IMG/VR virus record: IMGVR_UViG_3300029915_000104
Reading direction: 5' to 3' (one strand)
Source: a virus
DNA length: 31,634 bases
Below, piece by piece: positions 6,261-16,898 of the stretch. Positions within the stretch are counted from its first letter, which is position 1, and every line of letters begins with the position of its first letter. A program made the translations under genes and the position numbers. The notes under the pieces are model-generated. The model made no database searches. It was not told where the DNA came from and was given only the letters and a program-made list of their open reading frames with translations.

Positions 6261-9200
6261 TTATTTAAACGATCCCAGAGGCAGATACCCGAGGATGTTA
6301 TCGGTATACGGGATATTCGGGTCCCGCACGATCGAGACCGCCTGATCCATCGCGATGCCGGTGGCCGACACCCCGAGAATACCGGTCGTGCGACTGACCG
6401 ATGGGATGATGATCGTCCCGGCGATGCCAGAGCCATAGACGCCGAACGGATCGCGCCCGATCGGGAAGATCAGCGGCACCCTCAGCGCCGGTATCCGATA
6501 CGGGAGATTGCCCGCATAAACGACGCTACCCGCTAGATGCGAGGCCGCGTTGGTGACGCCCACCACAACGGTGGCATGGATCGGCGCAGTAACCGTGACC
6601 GAAGTGATCAGCCCGCTCGTGCTGACATTGTAGCTGCTGGCTGGTTGTAATATCGAATTGATCCTGACATCCACCGCGCCGAGCGTATTGACCACGTAGA
6701 TTGTGGCGCCGCCCGGACTGAGGCCGGTGCTGAGCAGACGAACGGGACCCACCGAGGTGCCGAGCGTGCCGCGACGCAAGTGCCCCAAGGTGATCTGATT
6801 GCCGACCCGCACCGCAGCAAAATACTCGATGCGTTCGGCATCAATCCATATCACCCCTGGTCGATTGCCGAGCGGCAAGGGCAATGGATCGGCCGGTTGC
6901 AGTTTTGCCGCCAGGGGCTGGGTGTTCAAATCCACCACGATGCTTGTGGCATTGCCGGGGAGATCGCTATCCAGTCTGCCTGCGTAATACGGCGAACGCA
7001 GCCGATAGTCGAAGCTTTGATCGAGAACCGGAGCCATGCGCAGAACCGAGGGTGTGCGGGTGGCGTATTGATAGTGCAGGGTCGGCGTCGCGGGTAGCGC
7101 CGAAAATGTCATCATCACCACAAATCCACTGGTCTGGTCTGCAATGGCCAAGGCCGGAAGCGTCAAGGTCACATACGGCACGGTGGCCAGTTTGGTTACA
7201 ATATGATAATCATCATCCGGGACCAGGGTCAAGCCGTTCATGGTCACCAGCATCATGTTCGGTGCAACCGAGGCGGGTAGCAGATAGGTTTGGTGTGAGT
7301 TCAGCCCGGTCACCGGATAACTCGATGTGCGTATTTGCATGCTTCCGGCATTGCTGAAGGTTGTCGCGACAATTGTATCGAGACTGTTGATCGGCCGTCC
7401 CAAGAAGGGAAGCGTCTTACTGGTCAGGAAATCCGCATCCAGGGTGACCACGCCCGTGTTGCTCACTGTGTAATCCGGGGTCTGTCCCGCAAGGCTCACC
7501 ACGGCGGCGATTTGATACGGATCAAAGGCTTGCGTTTCCAGTGCCACCAGCAGATTGCCATACACCACGAACTGGCCTGCGATCATCGTCGAGGGGGTCT
7601 GCCCGACCGGCACCACGATATTGAGCGGATGCGTGCTGGGCGAACTGGACAAGGTGCAAATCGGGATCGCAGCGGTATAGAGGACGTTATTATAATAGAC
7701 CGTGAGACGATCCGCGCTTGAGGTCGGAGCGATCGGCAGATACATCCAGGGCGTGGCTGGAGTGATCAGGCCATAGAATGTTTGTGGCGGAGTCAGACGC
7801 ACCCCGCTCACCTCGATAATCGTTCCGGCGTGTGGCGGCATCGTCACCGGATCGGCGATCGTCAAAGTCCATTGCAAACCGGAATTGAATGCCAGGACCT
7901 GTTGTTGCACCGTAGTGGCTAGGGCAGCGCCACCCGGACAGACTAATTCTTGCTGATACGTTACGATACCGGACACCGGATCGGTTACTGGATAATCGCT
8001 GTAGACTGGCAGATAACTGATGAGTGCGACATCGCTGCCCACAGACGGCGGGACGGAAAGCGTGACGCTCGTGCCATTGACCTGATAGCCGCTGGACAAC
8101 ACAACGCCATTGACGATCACTGCGACATTACTGGCGAGCGTGGCCTGGGCGATGCTCAGCGCATTCACCCCGGAACTGAGAAATTGACTATCAGTGACCG
8201 GGGTCAGACCGCCGAAGCCGAACACATGCAAGACCACGCGAGTGACCGGGCTGGTTTGCAGCGTGGCATTGATCGTGACTGTGCGGCCAAAATGATCGAC
8301 TGTGTAATCGGTGCCGAGGGTGGCGCGCAGGCCATTGCAATGCACCAGCACGGCTGCCGCTGATTGCGCCATGGTGGCAAATGAAAACGTCTGGGTGCCG
8401 GTGAAGGCAGGCAGATCAAATCTCTTGATTTCGATCGGCGGTGCCCCGGCATTGGCCAAACTGGTGACGATGAGTTGCAAGCCATCATCGGCCGCATAGC
8501 CAATGCGTTCCTCGGGATGCTCCGCTTCGAGTGCCGGATCGCGCAGGCCGTATTCGCGCGGCTGGCCGGGGAGGGACGGATTAACGACGGTTGTCTCTAC
8601 GGTGGCGAAGCGATCGCCGCTGACGGTCAGGGCGACCTGTGAGGTCTCGCTGATCCCGAGTGTATCCCACCCGGAGGTGGGATAATTGCTGACTGGATAG
8701 TCATTGGCATTGAATATAAAGCCATCGACCCAGCCGCCTTTGAATTGCAGGTTCAGCAGTTGCCCGAGATCGGTTGGCATCCCGGCACTCGGCTGGTAGT
8801 AGCTGGCTATCCGGTGCACTGCGCCGGATTGATCATTGGCTTCGTCAGTGGTGTTATCCCAGGGCTTGGTATCCCAGGTGGCGACGTCCCAGCCCCCGGC
8901 TGCGGCACTGCCGACCACGCGATCAAACAGCAGGGTGACCGTGACCTGCCGATCCAGGGCCGTCGCGGCGACCGTATTCTCGGCCGTGGAGACCGCCAAG
9001 GCGATTTGCTGGGCGGTTCCCCCATTGGCGCTCGCCAAGGCGCTGGCGGCCGTCCCAGCGGCAGCCATCGCGGCAATGATGGCCAGATAGTTGGTATACC
9101 AATTCACCCAAGGCTGGGTTTGCAGAATCGCAATATCAGTGAGGTTGGCGGGATCGAGCACGCGATAGACGCCCAGCCGCTGATCCCAATAGACTGGCTT

Positions 9201-12200
9201 GTCGAAATCGGTCGCCAGGGTGGGGGCGATATCGGTGGGGGGCGTGTAGCTCGTGGCATATTCGCGTATCTTCACGCGATAGGGTTTGACTTCATTGACA
9301 AAGTCAATCAGGTTGACGGTCTGATCGACTCGGGTGAACGGGGTTTCCAGCAACGGCACGTTGTAGCCCAGAATGCTCATGAAAGATGTTTTGAAAGCCC
9401 AATCAACATTGCTCTGCTGGGCATGGACAAAATCCACCATATTGAACCACAGCGTGTTGATCTCAGAGTCTTTCAGCACATTGGCGTAGCGCAGGGCATC
9501 GAGCAGACTGCGCAATTCCCATGAGCCATCACGCAAGGTGACATCGGACGGGGCCAGCAGTTCCGCGCCGGGGGCCAACCATGTCGGGGTTTCCGGCACC
9601 CGATCGGGATCGTATAATGCCTTGGCGAGTTGGATGGTGCCATTTTCGATCGCCACGGTGGTCCAACTGGCGCTCGTCGGATCGAACTGGGTCCAGATAA
9701 ACCCACCCGTTCCGGCATCATCGACAACCACCAGTTGATTGACCGGCTGGGTCCCTTCGCCGATATTGCGCGCGGCGATAGTGGCATAATGGATGACGGG
9801 CGGATCATTCACACTGTAACCGGAAGCGTAATAATCAGCATAGCTCAGGAACACATCGCTCGCGCTATCATCGGCAGCGGCCAGGATCAGATGGTATCGC
9901 TGGGTGCGTAACAAGCTGAATGGTTGGCCAGCGCCTTGATAGGTCCAGATCGCCCAGAACCCTGTGGGAGGTAGCACCAGAACGCGATCGCCCAGGCTGA
10001 GGGTCGCAAGACTGTCGCGGACGGTCTCGGAGGCGACCTGCACTTCGTAGGTGGGAGCCAAGGCGAAGAAGGCATCGGCATTGAGCAGCAGAAAGGCAAT
10101 GATCTCGGCTGGGGTGGCCGTGCTATTGGCCTGCTGGAAGCTGGCGCTCGCGCGATTGGCTGCCACCCCATCGAAGGTCCAGATGCTCCAATGCGGGACG
10201 AAGCTGGTCAGACTGTTAACCAAAACCGTCATGGTTTGGCTGATCGGCGCGACGATCCCCGGCAGCAGGTTCCCGGCCCCGAGGAAATCCGCGCGCGCCA
10301 GTAGATTATCGCGCTCGGCCATCGAGTAAACCTGTACCATCCAGGCCCCGACCGGGGGCGGTTCCACCGGATAGGAGGCATCGGTTTGTGTCCATTGGAG
10401 CGTCGCACTGGGCGCATCATAGCGGGTCAGGCTCGGCAACACCGCCGTGCGTTGCACGCAGATCGGCGTTTGCGCAAAGATCGCGTTCACCGCATCGACG
10501 AAATTCTGCCGCGCGTCCAGCAAGCCCCCCCGTGCGCCCAGCATGCCGCTGATCTGAAACATGTTTTGACCAGACTGAATCCCGACATTGCGTTGCGCCG
10601 GGAGCGTGCCAGACGGCAAACTGCGCATCCCCTGCAAATCAACCGTGAACCCGGTCAAACTGTCGCGCAAATGCTGCCACAGATAAGCCGATGGCAACGA
10701 GGACGGATCATTCGGCCGCATCAGCGCCCATTGGTCATGCCGCTCCGCCAGATCGCGAATCGTGTGCTGCTGCACTTTCATCACTGTGCTGCTATCATCC
10801 AACGCACTCGCGACCCCACTGATCAGCAAACCATTGCTGCTAATGGGCGCCATCCAAGCCAGACCGGCACTCGATGGATAGGTAATCGCCTGGATCACCG
10901 TGGCCACCGAAAGACTGCGAAACGAAACCACGGGTACAACCGTCAGCCCGCTGACCCAGAAGTAATACTTCAGCACATCGCCGAGGGTCGGATCATACAC
11001 CACCCGCTCGACCCAGGAGGGCGCGTCCGTGAGATACACCCGTCCCAAGGACGAATCGGTTATGGCCTGGGCGATATAGGTCGTCGGATCGACGAGGCTT
11101 TCGATCCATTCATACACATCGACGCTGCTAAGTGGCGCCACACGGGTCCATTGCTGGATGCGATAGTGCAACTCGACCACATCGCGATCGTTACTTGCGC
11201 CTAAGACATCGGTGGAGGGATCGATAAACTTGACGGTGGCGATATTCCACCACACCCGGCCGCGTTCATTCGGCCCCCACGGGTTGAGCGCAGCAGATGT
11301 CGCTCCGGCGTTATAGCGGGCCGGATCGAACGGGGTGAGATAATCGAGTTCCTTGCGGGCGCGGCCTGCAATTAAGCCAGCAACCGGATCGATCACGTCG
11401 ATGGCGTTCACCACTGGCGTGTTGCTGCTCATGAGCATACCCGTGATCTGCGTCCCGGCTGCATAGATCAGCGTCTCGCTGATCGTCGTCGGATTATTGC
11501 GCAGGGGCTGCTGGCGGGCGAGAGACCATTCGCCGCCATCCCATTGCTGCACCGTCCAGGGCATCGTGGCTGAACCGTCGATCCAGGCGAGGTCGCCGAT
11601 CATCCAATCGTAGCCCGCGACCATCAGCGTCGCCAGATCAGGAAACCGCATTTCGCGCAGAATGCGCACCATAGGCGCGGTGTCGGTGGGCAGATAGACG
11701 TAGCCCTGTGTGCTAACCGAATCGATATCGATGGTATTATTGGCGAAGTTGATGGCGATCAAGGTTGCGACACCATGCAGGTCCGGATAGGACAGACTGG
11801 GCGCATCAATGACGATGTAGCTACCAATGTCACTTTGTTGCAGATTGAGTGGTTGGCTGAGGGTCAGTCGCGTGGTCTGGGTCGCGGTTCGATCGGTGCT
11901 GCCGATGACGGGTGCGAGCACGCTGAGCAGCGCATTTGGGAGCGCCGCTGTGTTAAAGCTTTCCAGCACCGTAAAGGTTAGATCGGCTCGTTCATACACC
12001 CAGAGGCGTTCTCCGGCGGGCAAGGTAGCAGTACCTGCCTGCAATTCTTGGCTGAACACCGTCGGCACGTCGGCCCAGGCGAACACTGTATTGGCGACAT
12101 CGGTTAGCCGCACCGGCAAGGCGGCAGGGACGAAGCCGCTCTGCATGGTGAAAAATTGGCTCGGGTTCGGCGGCACGTCATACCAGCGCGGATCGCCCGG

Positions 12201-15200
12201 CGCGAGCATGATCCAGTTCAGCGGCGCATTGGCGAGCGGCTGAAAACTGACAAACTGCGGATCGTCACGGGTATCGGTCTGCGCCAGTTGGAACGTCACG
12301 AACCCATCGGCCGGAGCCCCGTATTGGCCGACCTGAAAGCCCCATTCTTCGAGGAACGATAGCGTGCTGTTGCCGGATGCGCGGGTGCTGCGCATCAGTT
12401 TCTCGAACACGCCGGGGGCACCCTTCTGCTGGATCATTCCTTGATAGAACTCAAACTGCTCGACTTCGGCCAACAGGAGGTTATCCAGGTAATTACGCTC
12501 GGCATAGCCGATCACGTGACGTGCGTAGTCCCGCAGGTCGGCCACATCTGCCAGTTCGATGTCAAACATGTAGCGCACATCATTGGCGGCTTTCTCGAAG
12601 CTAGAGGCCAAGGTGTTGCCGGTGATGACGAAGCCGGGTGCGTCCAGCCGTCCGCTCCATTGCTGCGCCCGATTGCAGATCAATTGCAGACGCGGCTGGC
12701 GGAGATTGAACAACGGCAGATAGATGGCATCGTCAAAGATGGTTACGTTATCAAAAACTAACAAATGTTCGATGGTGCTGAGATAGAGCCGGGCCAGGAA
12801 GATATCGGCATTCAGCGCGGTGATGGTCAGATCGCCATCCAGACGGCTGAGCAGGACGTTGTTTTGGCTGATCGGGGCGCCGACGCGATCGCACAGCCCG
12901 AAGAACCCCGTGCTGTTGTCCTCCACGTTATTGATCGTCCCGGTGAGCGTGCTGAATTGGATTTGCCGCTGTCCGGGCGACAGGGCGATGAAGTTGCCGG
13001 GCTGCCATTTGACCTGCGTCCAGGACAGGAATTCCAATGCCGCCATCGACCAGTTCAGGATCGCGCCGGATTGCGGATCGGTGCCGCTGAAAATCCACCC
13101 CCGTGATACCAAGTAACGTTCATAGCCGAGCAGAAAATCGCCGACCGCCTGATAGGTGTTGAATATCGTGCCATAGGCGACTTGTTGGAGCGCCTTGAAA
13201 CCGGTCGCATAGGTGACGATGCGTGGCGCCGGGATCGCGAATGGACTGAGATCGGGACGCGGGGTCCAGAAACTCAGTTCGAAGATCGGGCCGCTGGTGT
13301 GCGAGCGTTGGCACTGATACACCGAACCCTGCGAATTGCAGTAAGTATTCAGCGCATACCACGTGCTGGCTTGCCAGGGGCTGATCTTCGGTTCCGCGAC
13401 GCTGGCGAGACTGATCACGCCTTTGACCGAGGCCGGATCAGGCGGGATGATGGTGAAGGAAGGGGTGCGCCCGTCATAGCCAATCACCCGCCACCCGGCG
13501 CCCGTCCACTCGACGATCACGCCGCTATAGACCTCGGTATCGTTGGGTGGCGATGTATAGAGAATTGTCTGCACATTCTCGGCAGGTAGCAAGCCGAAAC
13601 TATCGCACACCGCCTGCACCGTGTTGCTCGATACGAACCCCGCCATCTGATGCAGCAGGCGCACATCCAAGCCGCGCACCGCATCGCCCAATTGACTGCT
13701 CGTGCCGCCCTGCGAAACCAGATAGTCGGCGAGCCATTGCGAGACGCCAGTGACCATCACAGGTTGGCCTGCCGCATCGCTCTCGCCATGCAGCAGATTG
13801 GTTGAGTCAGTGGAACGCAACAAAGTGTTCAGATCGACCCATTGATCAGCGATCAGGCCGCGCGTGAGGGTCGTCCAGCAGGTATCGGTGAAGCGGGCGG
13901 GCTTCATCAAAAAACTGACACAGGCCAGGGCATATTGAAACGACGGGGTGGTCCGCCAAAGCATCTCGACCGGACCGAAATCGCCTGCTTGCCAGGGCTG
14001 GCTGGAGAGCGCGACGAGCCCCGAAGTGACCGTGACCAGACCGATTTGGGTGGGATCGCGCAGATGGCCCGTCGCATCGACCGGCAAGACCGCCAGCAGA
14101 CCGGGCCGAGAATAGACCGCATCATAGCCCGCGCGCACGCCACCCGCGATATAGCCGTTCGTGGCGTCGATCCAGACCCGATTGCTGGGGGTGTAAGGCG
14201 GCGCGCCATACTGCGTCACCCACCAGGACGGCTGAGTTTGAAAGCCCAGCATTTCCCAGGGACGCAGATGTGGCGCATCGGTGCCGTAATAATCGTGATA
14301 GACCGCGCGCCAGCTTCCAGCCATCGGCAAGCCAAAGAGGTCGAGGCTGCCGCGATAGTTCCAGGTGAAAGGATTGCTCGGATCGTAGCCCAGCGCATTG
14401 CGATAATCCAGCCCGTTGTTCTGCGCCCAGATTTCGAAGAATGGCGCCAGCAGGCTGCTCACCTCGGCGTGGCTATAGCCGTTCGCGGGGGCGTAGAAAT
14501 GCCCGCCACACCATTGCTGAATGTCAAACACCGGCCGCGCTTCGGTCTGCAACGCAGGATCGAGATTGGTGTAGATTAGTTGTTCCAGCGCCAGGATGAT
14601 CGCATCGCGCCAGTCATTATTGGCGGGTGTGCGACTGCCGTCATGCCCCTGGATGAAAGTAATCGGCGGATTATACAAGGCATCGACCAGCAGCGCAGGC
14701 ACCACAGCCGGTTGGATACCCAGGGCCGAGGCCGTGGGCGGAATGAACCATTGGCCGCCCGCCATCGTGCTGAGCCAAAACGGCATCGCATTGGTATGGC
14801 CAATCTTCAAGGCCGCCAGGGTCGTCGCCACCCAAGTACTGGCAGGATCGATATCCACTCGCAGCACACCACGATTGCATAGATCAACCAGCTTGCGGGC
14901 GAATTTGTTACGGAATCTGTTATATTCCTGATCGGCGTAGCGCAGTGCCAGGGTCAGATCGAATTGGCTGGACGACGCCAGCAGCATGGCCTTGAGCAGG
15001 GTCGCCCGATGCTGGAGAACCTGGGTGCCGAGAGACAGATCGCGCGGACTGTCGCGATAGTTGTTGCTGGCACTGGCCGTGCCGCTGAAATTGCTTTGCT
15101 GGCTGATCAAGTCGGCAAAATGCTGCTGGACATCGCTGTTCGACACCCGGCTAACCTCTTGCGCCAAGGGATTGGCTTGCAAATTGACCGGAATATCCCA

Positions 15201-16898
15201 AAAGCCATTGATCGCGATCGACTGGCTGGTGATGCCCGCATCGTGCCACGGCGAGTAATATTGCGGATCACCCGCGCTACTATGCGTGGCGTAACGATAA
15301 AGCCCGATGATCGGCGTCGATCCGGCCAGATATTGTGTCGTGGCGATCGCATTGTCGTAGACAATGATACCATTGCTGTCAAACACCAAGGGTTGCAAAA
15401 TGACCGGATCGGCCGCCCCGGTGCCCAGCGCGTAGCCGAAAATGTGATCGCCATAAAACGTGCTGTTGGGATAACGAACCGGATCGTTCAAGGGCGCGGG
15501 GGTGGTGCTGAGATCATACAGCATGAACAATGGCGCCACATCCTCCGACCAAATCTGCTGGAAGGTCATGGAAGTGCCTGCCGCGAACGGTCCCAGTAGC
15601 GCAGGCAAGGGTGTCGCCAGGGTGACCGCAGTGGATGCTGTGGTGATGACTGTAACAACCGGAATCGGCGTGGTTAACGTTTCGCTCGTGACACCGATCT
15701 CGACATCAAACCCCTTGACGGTGGTGGCGACCGGCAAGGTTCCCGCGAAGGTGAGGGTGCTGCCTTGCTGAGGGGTCGGTTTGTAGAGTGAGGCAGAGCA
15801 TTGCCATAACACCAGATCGCGGACGAATTCGATGATTGGGCGCAAGGCTTGACGGCTGACGAAATCCACTCCGGCCCACAGGAAGGTGGCGCGATGCACC
15901 CACAGATTGCGGCTCGACCATGCGTTGGTTTGCTGCGATGAGCGATCAATGGTGACGTATTGTGCCGCGAGACCCCGGATCAGCGTGCCATACGGGGTGA
16001 ACCGGATGCTCTGACCGACGCCATCGATGATATACTGATCGAAGGCCGCTGCGTCCCAGGGCGTGGTATCCCAGGCCGGACCACCCCAGCCTTCGGTCAG
16101 ATGCAAGGTATCGTAGATACGCAGCAGCATCCCCGAGCTAAGCTGGGTGACCGGCGGACTGGGCGCGCGTGAGGGGGTAGTATCATTTGAGGTGAGTCCG
16201 GTCACATCGATGCTCGTCATGTTGGTCACGGTGCCGATAAAGTCGGCAATGCGCGTCACCATGACCACTGTGCCAAGAGCAGGCGCATCTGCGAAGATCA
16301 GACTGCTGCCATCCGGACTGAGGGTGGTTGGCATTGTTTCACCCGCAACATAACCGGTCGGGGTTTCCTGCGCGAGGGTGATCGAGGTCATGGATGGTGG
16401 CAGGGCGAACAGCGTGGTAACCCCGTCGCCGGTATAATACGTGATTGGAACGTTAATCGCCAGGACCGGCATATCCTCGGCGCCATCGCCAAACCAATAG
16501 TATTGCCGATAGTTCATCCAGGCGTCGATATTGATGGGCGGCGCCCAGCTATACAATGCGGTGTCGAACAGCCGCTGCTGATTGCTGACGATCGCCCCGG
16601 TGTCATCGAGATAAGAAATGAAATCCGGATAGGTCAGGGCATTGCGAATCGTATTGCTGGTGGAATTGAGGCTCACCATGCCGGGTTCCAACTGGTAGAA
16701 CGCGCGAGTCTGATCCGGTTCGGCGAGATAGAAATCGGTGGTCGGGTCGGCCCCGCTGATTTGGTGACCGATGTAACCATTGATACTGTCGGAAATTCCT
16801 GGCTGGAATAAGGCATCGACCGTGGCGCCGAAGAAGGCGGTCAGGTCGGCGGTTTGGTTGCAGCCGGGCAGCAGGGAGATGAAACGCCGTTTGGTCAT
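6261..16898 (-). CDS. Giant (3545 aa) tail fiber or baseplate-wedge structural protein. The N-terminus is gpI/wedge-like; the remainder is long and beta-rich with Gly, Thr, Ser and Val.
   Basis: A 10.6-kb uninterrupted ORF. Its ATG at 16896-16898 abuts the TAA of the upstream Baseplate-J gene (TAAATG). It sits after gp25-like and gp6-like genes, as in P2 (V-W-J-I-H) and Mu. The WDxxPWD motif occurs twice: PAWDTTPWD in the N-terminal region and ATWDTKPWD near the C-terminus. No enzymatic domain was recognised by eye. Confidence 0.8.
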   Translation of the reverse strand: MTKRRFISLLPGCNQTADLTAFFGATVDALFQPGISDSINGYIGHQISGADPTTDFYLAEPDQTRAFYQLEPGMVSLNSTSNTIRNALTYPDFISYLDDTGAIVSNQQRLFDTALYSWAPPINIDAWMNYRQYYWFGDGAEDMPVLAINVPITYYTGDGVTTLFALPPSMTSITLAQETPTGYVAGETMPTTLSPDGSSLIFADAPALGTVVMVTRIADFIGTVTNMTSIDVTGLTSNDTTPSRAPSPPVTQLSSGMLLRIYDTLHLTEGWGGPAWDTTPWDAAAFDQYIIDGVGQSIRFTPYGTLIRGLAAQYVTIDRSSQQTNAWSSRNLWVHRATFLWAGVDFVSRQALRPIIEFVRDLVLWQCSASLYKPTPQQGSTLTFAGTLPVATTVKGFDVEIGVTSETLTTPIPVVTVITTASTAVTLATPLPALLGPFAAGTSMTFQQIWSEDVAPLFMLYDLSTTPAPLNDPVRYPNSTFYGDHIFGYALGTGAADPVILQPLVFDSNGIIVYDNAIATTQYLAGSTPIIGLYRYATHSSAGDPQYYSPWHDAGITSQSIAINGFWDIPVNLQANPLAQEVSRVSNSDVQQHFADLISQQSNFSGTASASNNYRDSPRDLSLGTQVLQHRATLLKAMLLASSSQFDLTLALRYADQEYNRFRNKFARKLVDLCNRGVLRVDIDPASTWVATTLAALKIGHTNAMPFWLSTMAGGQWFIPPTASALGIQPAVVPALLVDALYNPPITFIQGHDGSRTPANNDWRDAIILALEQLIYTNLDPALQTEARPVFDIQQWCGGHFYAPANGYSHAEVSSLLAPFFEIWAQNNGLDYRNALGYDPSNPFTWNYRGSLDLFGLPMAGSWRAVYHDYYGTDAPHLRPWEMLGFQTQPSWWVTQYGAPPYTPSNRVWIDATNGYIAGGVRAGYDAVYSRPGLLAVLPVDATGHLRDPTQIGLVTVTSGLVALSSQPWQAGDFGPVEMLWRTTPSFQYALACVSFLMKPARFTDTCWTTLTRGLIADQWVDLNTLLRSTDSTNLLHGESDAAGQPVMVTGVSQWLADYLVSQGGTSSQLGDAVRGLDVRLLHQMAGFVSSNTVQAVCDSFGLLPAENVQTILYTSPPNDTEVYSGVIVEWTGAGWRVIGYDGRTPSFTIIPPDPASVKGVISLASVAEPKISPWQASTWYALNTYCNSQGSVYQCQRSHTSGPIFELSFWTPRPDLSPFAIPAPRIVTYATGFKALQQVAYGTIFNTYQAVGDFLLGYERYLVSRGWIFSGTDPQSGAILNWSMAALEFLSWTQVKWQPGNFIALSPGQRQIQFSTLTGTINNVEDNSTGFFGLCDRVGAPISQNNVLLSRLDGDLTITALNADIFLARLYLSTIEHLLVFDNVTIFDDAIYLPLFNLRQPRLQLICNRAQQWSGRLDAPGFVITGNTLASSFEKAANDVRYMFDIELADVADLRDYARHVIGYAERNYLDNLLLAEVEQFEFYQGMIQQKGAPGVFEKLMRSTRASGNSTLSFLEEWGFQVGQYGAPADGFVTFQLAQTDTRDDPQFVSFQPLANAPLNWIMLAPGDPRWYDVPPNPSQFFTMQSGFVPAALPVRLTDVANTVFAWADVPTVFSQELQAGTATLPAGERLWVYERADLTFTVLESFNTAALPNALLSVLAPVIGSTDRTATQTTRLTLSQPLNLQQSDIGSYIVIDAPSLSYPDLHGVATLIAINFANNTIDIDSVSTQGYVYLPTDTAPMVRILREMRFPDLATLMVAGYDWMIGDLAWIDGSATMPWTVQQWDGGEWSLARQQPLRNNPTTISETLIYAAGTQITGMLMSSNTPVVNAIDVIDPVAGLIAGRARKELDYLTPFDPARYNAGATSAALNPWGPNERGRVWWNIATVKFIDPSTDVLGASNDRDVVELHYRIQQWTRVAPLSSVDVYEWIESLVDPTTYIAQAITDSSLGRVYLTDAPSWVERVVYDPTLGDVLKYYFWVSGLTVVPVVSFRSLSVATVIQAITYPSSAGLAWMAPISSNGLLISGVASALDDSSTVMKVQQHTIRDLAERHDQWALMRPNDPSSLPSAYLWQHLRDSLTGFTVDLQGMRSLPSGTLPAQRNVGIQSGQNMFQISGMLGARGGLLDARQNFVDAVNAIFAQTPICVQRTAVLPSLTRYDAPSATLQWTQTDASYPVEPPPVGAWMVQVYSMAERDNLLARADFLGAGNLLPGIVAPISQTMTVLVNSLTSFVPHWSIWTFDGVAANRASASFQQANSTATPAEIIAFLLLNADAFFALAPTYEVQVASETVRDSLATLSLGDRVLVLPPTGFWAIWTYQGAGQPFSLLRTQRYHLILAAADDSASDVFLSYADYYASGYSVNDPPVIHYATIAARNIGEGTQPVNQLVVVDDAGTGGFIWTQFDPTSASWTTVAIENGTIQLAKALYDPDRVPETPTWLAPGAELLAPSDVTLRDGSWELRSLLDALRYANVLKDSEINTLWFNMVDFVHAQQSNVDWAFKTSFMSILGYNVPLLETPFTRVDQTVNLIDFVNEVKPYRVKIREYATSYTPPTDIAPTLATDFDKPVYWDQRLGVYRVLDPANLTDIAILQTQPWVNWYTNYLAIIAAMAAAGTAASALASANGGTAQQIALAVSTAENTVAATALDRQVTVTLLFDRVVGSAAAGGWDVATWDTKPWDNTTDEANDQSGAVHRIASYYQPSAGMPTDLGQLLNLQFKGGWVDGFIFNANDYPVSNYPTSGWDTLGISETSQVALTVSGDRFATVETTVVNPSLPGQPREYGLRDPALEAEHPEERIGYAADDGLQLIVTSLANAGAPPIEIKRFDLPAFTGTQTFSFATMAQSAAAVLVHCNGLRATLGTDYTVDHFGRTVTINATLQTSPVTRVVLHVFGFGGLTPVTDSQFLSSGVNALSIAQATLASNVAVIVNGVVLSSGYQVNGTSVTLSVPPSVGSDVALISYLPVYSDYPVTDPVSGIVTYQQELVCPGGAALATTVQQQVLAFNSGLQWTLTIADPVTMPPHAGTIIEVSGVRLTPPQTFYGLITPATPWMYLPIAPTSSADRLTVYYNNVLYTAAIPICTLSSSPSTHPLNIVVPVGQTPSTMIAGQFVVYGNLLVALETQAFDPYQIAAVVSLAGQTPDYTVSNTGVVTLDADFLTSKTLPFLGRPINSLDTIVATTFSNAGSMQIRTSSYPVTGLNSHQTYLLPASVAPNMMLVTMNGLTLVPDDDYHIVTKLATVPYVTLTLPALAIADQTSGFVVMMTFSALPATPTLHYQYATRTPSVLRMAPVLDQSFDYRLRSPYYAGRLDSDLPGNATSIVVDLNTQPLAAKLQPADPLPLPLGNRPGVIWIDAERIEYFAAVRVGNQITLGHLRRGTLGTSVGPVRLLSTGLSPGGATIYVVNTLGAVDVRINSILQPASSYNVSTSGLITSVTVTAPIHATVVVGVTNAASHLAGSVVYAGNLPYRIPALRVPLIFPIGRDPFGVYGSGIAGTIIIPSVSRTTGILGVSATGIAMDQAVSIVRDPNIPYTDNILGYLPLGSFK

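Noticed and set aside
6258-6271. AT-rich hairpin CGTTTA-tt-TAAACG at the stop codon of the giant gene as a terminator
   Set aside because: It overlaps the last codons and stop of the gene and has no U-tract. It is probably incidental.
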